Notes under the pieces: model-generated
What the model was told of the DNA's origin: nothing
The model's input: the letters and a program-made list of their open reading frames with translations, nothing else
Databases searched by the model: none
Made by a program: the position numbers and the translations under genes
In this document: one piece after another, positions 58,798-64,000 of the stretch
Numbering within the stretch: the first letter of the stretch is position 1
How the letters are laid out: every line of letters begins with the position of its first letter
Origin: an uncultured Spirochaetota bacterium
Lineage (GTDB): Bacteria > Spirochaetota > Spirochaetia > SZUA-6 > Fen-1364
DNA: 64,000 nucleotides
Direction of reading: 5' to 3'
Assembly (NCBI GenBank): GCA_963781885.1
Contig: CAWAHW010000002.1
Location: 1,408,001-1,472,000, forward strand

Positions 58798-61427
58798 TTC
58801 CGCGCGTCCCCGTCGGCAAGCTCCTTCTTCCAGCGGGCGATCAGCGTAAGCGCCTCCAGCGGCGTCAGCCTGTCGGGCTGCACCCCCTTTATCTCGCGGA
58901 CGATCAGCTCCTCGGCGGGAAAGAGCTGCGGCTGGGGGGACGGCTTTACGGAATCCCGCGCGGCGCGCGAAAAGGCGTCCGCGTTCCCGTCTGCTGCCCC
59001 GGGCTCGGCGTTCAGCTTTGCAAGCATCGTCTCGGCCAGGCGCAGCGTCTCTCCCGGGACTCCCGCGAGACGTGCCACGTGGATGCCGTAGGAGTTGCTG
59101 GAAGGGCCCGGCCGCACGCGCTTCAGGAAAACGACCCGACCGTCCGTGTCATGCACCTCCATGGAGAGGTTGGCGGCGTTGGGATGATCCAGATGCGTGA
59201 GCTCGTGAAAATGCGTGGCAAAGAGCGTGCGGGCGCGGATGTGCGTGAGGATGGACATGCAGACCGCCCAGGCGATTGCAAGACCATCCCGCGTGCTCGT
59301 GCCGCGTCCGATTTCGTCCATGATGATGAGGCTGCGCGTCGTGGCGGCGCGCAGGATGTGCGCCGTTTCGTTCATCTCCACGAGGAATGTCGATTCGCCC
59401 CGCGCAAGGTTGTCGGTCGCCCCGACGCGGCAGAAGACGCGGTCCACGATGCCGATGGTCGCGCGCGCGGCCGGAACGAACGAGCCCATCTGCGCCATGA
59501 GGGAGATCAGCGCCACCTGCCGCAGGTACGTGGACTTTCCCGCCATGTTCGGCCCCGTGAGAAGCACGAAGAATTTTCCCGTGCCGGGGCAGTCCAGGCT
59601 GTTGGGCACGAACGCCCCGCCGGGCAGATTCGCCTCCACGACCGGGTGCCGTCCCTCTTCGATCGAAAGCTCCGTGCCGTCCGTCATGTGCGGCCGGACA
59701 TAGCCGTGCACGGTGGCGGCGAATGAAAGAGCCTGGAGCACGTCCAACTCCGCAATCGCATTGCAAACCGCCTGGAGCCATGGCACGGCGTCGCGCACTT
59801 TCGCCCTGACCTCCAGGAAGAGCGTGCGCTCGATGTCGACGATGCGCTCCGATGCATCGTTGATCTCCGATTCAAGATCGGCCAGCCGGTCCGTGGTGTA
59901 GCGCTCGCCGCCCACCAGCGACTGGCGCCGGATGAAGCGCGCCGGCACGTGCGCCAGGTACGATTTCGTCACCTCGAAGTAGTAGCCGATGATCCTGTTG
60001 TAGCGCAGCTTCAGCGACCCGATGCCGGTCGCGGCGCGCTCCTCCGCCAGGTACTTCTCCAATATGTCGCGCGCATTGTCCTTCAGCGCATGCAGACGGT
60101 CGAGCGCCTCATCGTAGCCGCGGCGGATGAGATTCCCTTCCGTGAGGAGTATCGAAGGCTCGTCGCAGATCGCGCGCTCCAGGAGCCCGGTGATCTCCGC
60201 GATGTCGGCGGCGCGGGCGGACAGCGGGTCGAGCATCCCCGCAAGACGGCCGCGAATGCCCGCGCCGGCCTTGCCCTCGAAAAGACGGGCAAGCGAGCTC
60301 GCCGCCGCGAGAGTGGACTTTATCGACAGCAGGTCCTTGGCGTGCGCGCGCTCCATGGCGACACGCGCAATGAGCCGCTCCAGGTCGAGCACGCTTCCCA
60401 GACATTCCCGCAGCCGCGACAGAAGTATCTGCTCGCCGTGCAGCGCGGCAACGGCGTCGAGTCTTCGGTCTATGGCGGCCGCATCGAGCAGCGGAGTCAG
60501 CATCCACCGGCGCAGCCGGCGCGCGCCGGGGGAGGTGCGCGTGTGATCCAGCACGGAGAGAAGCGTGTATTTCGTGCTCCCGTCCTGCAGATTCGCAAGC
60601 AGCTCGAGATTCCGCTGGGTCGCCTCGTCCAGCTCGACGAAGCTGCGGTCCGCATAGACCTCGATGCTCGTGACGTGTTGCAGGGCGCGGCGTGAAGTCT
60701 GGCCCAGGTATTCCAGCAGGACGCCGGCGGCAACGACCTCGGGGGAATCGTCGGTGAGACCGAAGCCCTTGAGGCTCGCGACCCCGAGCTGACGGAGGAG
60801 CCGCTCTTTGCAGGCGGAAGGGTCGAAGCTCCAGTCGGGGTAGCGGTTGACCAGGAGTCCCGCGCGCTCGCCGAGAAGCCCGCGTATCACGGGGTCGTCA
60901 ACCAGCAGGGATTCCTGCGTGAGGGCTTCACGCGGATCCAGCCGGTGCAGCTCCCGCTTCATCATCTCACCCCGCTCCTCGTAGGGGAATGAGGTCGCGG
61001 CAAGCTCGCCGGTCGAGACGTCGGCGTAGGCAAGACCGATCGCCTGCCCCACCCTGCCTACTGCGACGAGATAGTTGTTCGCCGTCCGCGAGAGATAGGT
61101 GTCGTCCAGTACCGTGCCGGGCGTGATCACTTCCACGATCTCGCGGCTCATCAGGCCCTTGCCCGGCGGGGTCGTCTGCTCGCAGACGGCCACCTTCCGC
61201 CCTGCGGCGAGGAGCCGCGTGATGTAGGACGGCGCGGCGTGGTAGGGGATGCCGCACATCGGCACGCCGGCCCTCTGCGTGAGGGTGAGATCGAGGATCG
61301 ACGACGCCTCCCGCGCGTCCGCTTCGAACATCTCGTAGAAATCCCCCAACCGGAAAAAGAGTATCGATTCGCCGACCTCGCTTTTCACGCGCCGATATTG
61401 CGCCATCAGGGGGGTTGTTTCGGCCAT
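58794..61427 (-). CDS. mutS: DNA mismatch repair protein MutS
   Basis: TPLMAQY, FRLGDFYEMF, TGPNMAGKST, GESTFLVEM, DEIGRGT, FATHFHEL. Confidence 0.98.
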   Translation of the reverse strand: MAETTPLMAQYRRVKSEVGESILFFRLGDFYEMFEADAREASSILDLTLTQRAGVPMCGIPYHAAPSYITRLLAAGRKVAVCEQTTPPGKGLMSREIVEVITPGTVLDDTYLSRTANNYLVAVGRVGQAIGLAYADVSTGELAATSFPYEERGEMMKRELHRLDPREALTQESLLVDDPVIRGLLGERAGLLVNRYPDWSFDPSACKERLLRQLGVASLKGFGLTDDSPEVVAAGVLLEYLGQTSRRALQHVTSIEVYADRSFVELDEATQRNLELLANLQDGSTKYTLLSVLDHTRTSPGARRLRRWMLTPLLDAAAIDRRLDAVAALHGEQILLSRLRECLGSVLDLERLIARVAMERAHAKDLLSIKSTLAAASSLARLFEGKAGAGIRGRLAGMLDPLSARAADIAEITGLLERAICDEPSILLTEGNLIRRGYDEALDRLHALKDNARDILEKYLAEERAATGIGSLKLRYNRIIGYYFEVTKSYLAHVPARFIRRQSLVGGERYTTDRLADLESEINDASERIVDIERTLFLEVRAKVRDAVPWLQAVCNAIAELDVLQALSFAATVHGYVRPHMTDGTELSIEEGRHPVVEANLPGGAFVPNSLDCPGTGKFFVLLTGPNMAGKSTYLRQVALISLMAQMGSFVPAARATIGIVDRVFCRVGATDNLARGESTFLVEMNETAHILRAATTRSLIIMDEIGRGTSTRDGLAIAWAVCMSILTHIRARTLFATHFHELTHLDHPNAANLSMEVHDTDGRVVFLKRVRPGPSSNSYGIHVARLAGVPGETLRLAETMLAKLNAEPGAADGNADAFSRAARDSVKPSPQPQLFPAEELIVREIKGVQPDRLTPLEALTLIARWKKELADGDARK

Positions 61428-61466
61428 GGGAGGGGAATTATAGTATGCCGTTATGCCGGTGGGCAA
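61415..61466. promoter_or_regulatory. Interlocked divergent promoters of mutS and the STAS gene
   Basis: Minus: TTGCCC-N18-TATAAT-N9-ATG; plus: TTGTTT-N18-TATAGT-N8-ATG; the -10 boxes overlap. Confidence 0.55.
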
Positions 61467-61977
61467 CACGCACGACGCGCTGCTCGTGGGGAAGGACGAG
61501 CGGGGCTATTTCCTGCAGGCCGTGGGCGCCATCCGGGCCACGCAGTGTTACCCGCTGCGGGAAACCCTGCTTTCGCGCCTGGAGGAGCCATCCGGCATTC
61601 CCGCCATTTTCGTCGATCTCTCCCGCTGCACCTACATGGATTCCACCTTCATCGGTCTTCTCGTTGCGATGGACAAGCGCCTGCAGAAAGGGTCCGGCGG
61701 ACGCCTCCATGTCCTTCGTTCCAGCGAGGAATGCCTCGAGCTCCTGCGCCAGATCGGGCTGGTGGATTTTCTGCTGATCGAGGATACGAACGTGGCGCCG
61801 CCGGACAGGATGGAGGAGGTGGACTCCGACTCCCTCAAGCCCGGCGCGGAGTTTGTCCTGCGTGCCCATGAGGCGCTCATGGAGACCTCGGAGGAGGCGC
61901 GCAAGAAGTTCGGCCTCCTGAAGGAAATGCTGGAGCGCAAGCTCAAGTCCGAGAAGCCCCCTCGAGATAATCCCTGA
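61453..61977 (+). CDS. STAS-domain protein (anti-anti-sigma-like)
   Basis: VDLSRCTYMDSTFIGLL with the phosphorylatable Ser; C-terminal helix AHEALME. Confidence 0.85.
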   Translation: MPVGNTHDALLVGKDERGYFLQAVGAIRATQCYPLRETLLSRLEEPSGIPAIFVDLSRCTYMDSTFIGLLVAMDKRLQKGSGGRLHVLRSSEECLELLRQIGLVDFLLIEDTNVAPPDRMEEVDSDSLKPGAEFVLRAHEALMETSEEARKKFGLLKEMLERKLKSEKPPRDNP

Positions 61978-62401
61978 GGGTGAGCGATGCCGCGATGGCA
62001 TCGACCTTTTCTTTTGCGTTCCGCCTCGTCTTTCCCGTCTTTCGCAGCGCATCTTCCGCGTCGCGGCTGCTCCAGCTCTCATCGTGCAGCACGGAGGGAA
62101 TGCCCGCCCGGAGAAGCGCGGCGGCAACGCGTCGTGAGCGCGCGCATCCCGGTCCTTCGCTTCCGTCCGCGCTCAGGGGCAGGCCGATCACGACGAGGCT
62201 CACCTCGCGATCGCGGCACAGGCCGGCAAGAGTGACCGCGAGCTCGCTTTCCGAGCGCATCGGAATGGTCTGGAGGGGGGAGCTTATCGTGCGCAGCGGG
62301 TCGCTCAGCGCGAGTCCGACGCGTCGGGTGCCCAGGTCGACACCCAGGACCCGGCCGGGGATGCGCCCGGGTTCTCTGTCGGGTGTCAGCTCCTCCGGCA
62401 T
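61943..62401 (-). CDS. ruvX: Holliday junction resolvase-like / pre-16S rRNA nuclease RuvX (YqgF)
   Basis: LGVDLGTRRVGLALSD, VIGLP, DESWSS, VDAIAA. Confidence 0.92.
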   Translation of the reverse strand: MPEELTPDREPGRIPGRVLGVDLGTRRVGLALSDPLRTISSPLQTIPMRSESELAVTLAGLCRDREVSLVVIGLPLSADGSEGPGCARSRRVAAALLRAGIPSVLHDESWSSRDAEDALRKTGKTRRNAKEKVDAIAASLTLRDYLEGASRT

Positions 62402-62403
62402 GG

Positions 62404-62958
62404 CTAGTTGCCGGACGAGCCTTTGCCCTGCCGGCTCTGTATCTCGGCGATCACGTCGTCGGTGATGTCGATCTCGGGGATCTTGAAAAGGATCACCCCT
62501 TTCATCGCATCGGCGTCGGACCGCATCACGAGCGCGAATCCGTCCTGCTCGGAGATGAACTGCACGACGTCGAGTATCTCCGCAAGGACAGGGCCGGTCT
62601 GCAGCGTGCTGTACTGCTGCTGGAGAATGGATCCCTTGATCGTGCGGAAGGTCGTGAGGTCCTTCTGCTTGTCGCCGATGCTCTTTTCCAGCGTCAGGGA
62701 GAGCGTCGTGTTGTTCGCCTTGTCCGCGTCGAGCTTCTGGCTCTGCAGGTCGGTGATTTCCTTTGTCCGCGCCGCGATCTCTTTCGCGTAGTCGCTCTGC
62801 GCGGCGTCATAGTCGCGGTACGCCTTTGTATCCTTGTAGGCCGTGAGCAGCACCTTCTGGAAATCGATGATGCCGACCTTCGTCACCTGCTGGGTCTGTG
62901 CCGCAAGAGGCAGGGCGGAGAGACTGAGCGCTGCAAGCAGAACGGCGAGTCTTTTCAC
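62404..62958 (-). CDS. skp: OmpH/Skp periplasmic chaperone
   Basis: Signal peptide, KVGIIDF, coiled coil, DITDDVI; directly after bamA; GGAGG SD. Confidence 0.85.
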   Translation of the reverse strand: MKRLAVLLAALSLSALPLAAQTQQVTKVGIIDFQKVLLTAYKDTKAYRDYDAAQSDYAKEIAARTKEITDLQSQKLDADKANNTTLSLTLEKSIGDKQKDLTTFRTIKGSILQQQYSTLQTGPVLAEILDVVQFISEQDGFALVMRSDADAMKGVILFKIPEIDITDDVIAEIQSRQGKGSSGN

Positions 62959-62971
62959 GGCCACCACCTCC

Positions 62972-64000
62972 TTAGAACACGTTCCCGCCGAGCCCGATGA
63001 CGAAGCCGAAGTTGAAGCCATTGATGATGAAGTCGCCGGACGTATACGGCTTCCACTGGAAGGGCTGATCGGGATGGAGATTCGGCTGGTACTGGAACCC
63101 TTTGGCCAGGTAGAGACGGATCGGGAACTGGGGGATGGTGAAACGGATGCCGATCCCGAATGAGAAGAGAAAATCGTCGATCTTCATCTGGTCAAAGCTG
63201 CTGCTGGCTCCCAGCGGCAGTGACGAGAACGGCTGTGCCCAGAGGGCGGCCGCGTCGAAGAATCCCGCCAGCCAGAGGGCGTCCTTCACGAGTGGCATGC
63301 GCAGCTCGAACTTGTTGTCCCACAACGCGTTTCCATAGGAGACGGTCCGCCAGCCGCGGGCAACCGTCATGCCGTCGATGTAGAGCTGGTCGGTCGTGTC
63401 CGTATTTGTCTCCCATGCTCCATCGATTAAGGAATAGTTCGGAAGGATCAGCGAAACCGATGAATGGGCGGCGGCGACCAGCTGGAAGTCCCAGTTATCG
63501 GTGACGGGGACGTCGAACAGGCTGAGGAAAGCCTCCGCGGTGCTATCGGTGCGGATATAGTCGCGATTGCCGAACAGGAAGCCGCCGACCAGCGTCAAGC
63601 CCTGGGAGAGATAGTATCCCTTTGTCGGGTTCCAATAGATGTCGCGGCCGTCGAGCGTCGTGGAAAAGCCCACACGGTCAATGAAGTCCCAGACGTTATT
63701 GTTGTCGCGGATATCCTTGTCGAACGGCCGGTAGAGCATTGCGTTGTACGAGACGTAGCGGATCTGGGGCGAATAGGTGGCCTGCAGACCCAGACGGCCC
63801 ACGGGCAACGTGAAGGTGTAACCCGTGTTGCCATTGAGGGTGATGTCATAAGAGTCATAGCTCATCAGGTACTGCGCGGGGATGGTGTTGCCCGCCTCGA
63901 TGTATGCCTGGTACTGGGCCAGGGACGTGATCTCGGGCGGACCGTCGGGATAGGCGCTTGGATCCTGGTTGTTCGCGAACACCGGTGCGGCGGAATCCTG
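62972..64000 (-). CDS. bamA: Outer membrane protein assembly factor BamA, C-terminal barrel (5' end outside window)
   Basis: DGRDIYWNPTKG, loop motif VARGW, FFDAA, SFGIGIRF..PQFPIRL, terminal Phe; upstream of skp. Confidence 0.88.
   Translation of the reverse strand, partial: QDSAAPVFANNQDPSAYPDGPPEITSLAQYQAYIEAGNTIPAQYLMSYDSYDITLNGNTGYTFTLPVGRLGLQATYSPQIRYVSYNAMLYRPFDKDIRDNNNVWDFIDRVGFSTTLDGRDIYWNPTKGYYLSQGLTLVGGFLFGNRDYIRTDSTAEAFLSLFDVPVTDNWDFQLVAAAHSSVSLILPNYSLIDGAWETNTDTTDQLYIDGMTVARGWRTVSYGNALWDNKFELRMPLVKDALWLAGFFDAAALWAQPFSSLPLGASSSFDQMKIDDFLFSFGIGIRFTIPQFPIRLYLAKGFQYQPNLHPDQPFQWKPYTSGDFIINGFNFGFVIGLGGNVF

Noticed and set aside
1-64000. tRNA, rRNA or IS elements
   Set aside because: No cloverleaf, rRNA-like tract, transposase ORF or terminal inverted repeats seen; intergenic gaps are mostly short

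Overview
GC-rich bacterial chromosomal window, almost entirely core genome. Gene content and protein variants (about 900-aa GreA, NusA with a C-terminal Zn-ribbon, short RibF, many TPR/HEAT envelope proteins) point to a member of the Spirochaetia; this assignment is inference. It holds ppdK (partial), an MCP, purB-guaA, a CHASE2 adenylate cyclase, recA-folK-scpA-scpB-rluB-cmk-rpsA with a GAF/sigma-54 activator, prs, rpe...dtd-mutY, a TPR-greA-VWA operon, rimP-nusA-infB-rbfA-truB-ribF-rpsO-pnp-M16-dut-lptFG-ROK-tgt-NlpC-murJ, comF-mutS, a STAS gene, ruvX, skp and bamA (partial). I found no tRNA, rRNA, CRISPR array, integrase or transposase, and no clear-cut novel multi-gene system. About seven single-base frameshifts, some in essential genes, look like sequencing or assembly indels. 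The best leads are: a 26-bp palindromic tandem array built from a TPR gene's stop-codon region, with an in-frame path into the next gene; an orphan HTH-Zn-finger gene after guaA; a coupled TPR / long-GreA / membrane VWA operon; several apparently leaderless genes and interlocked divergent promoters (mutS/STAS, recA); and a probable CTG-initiated MutY lacking the Fe-S motif.
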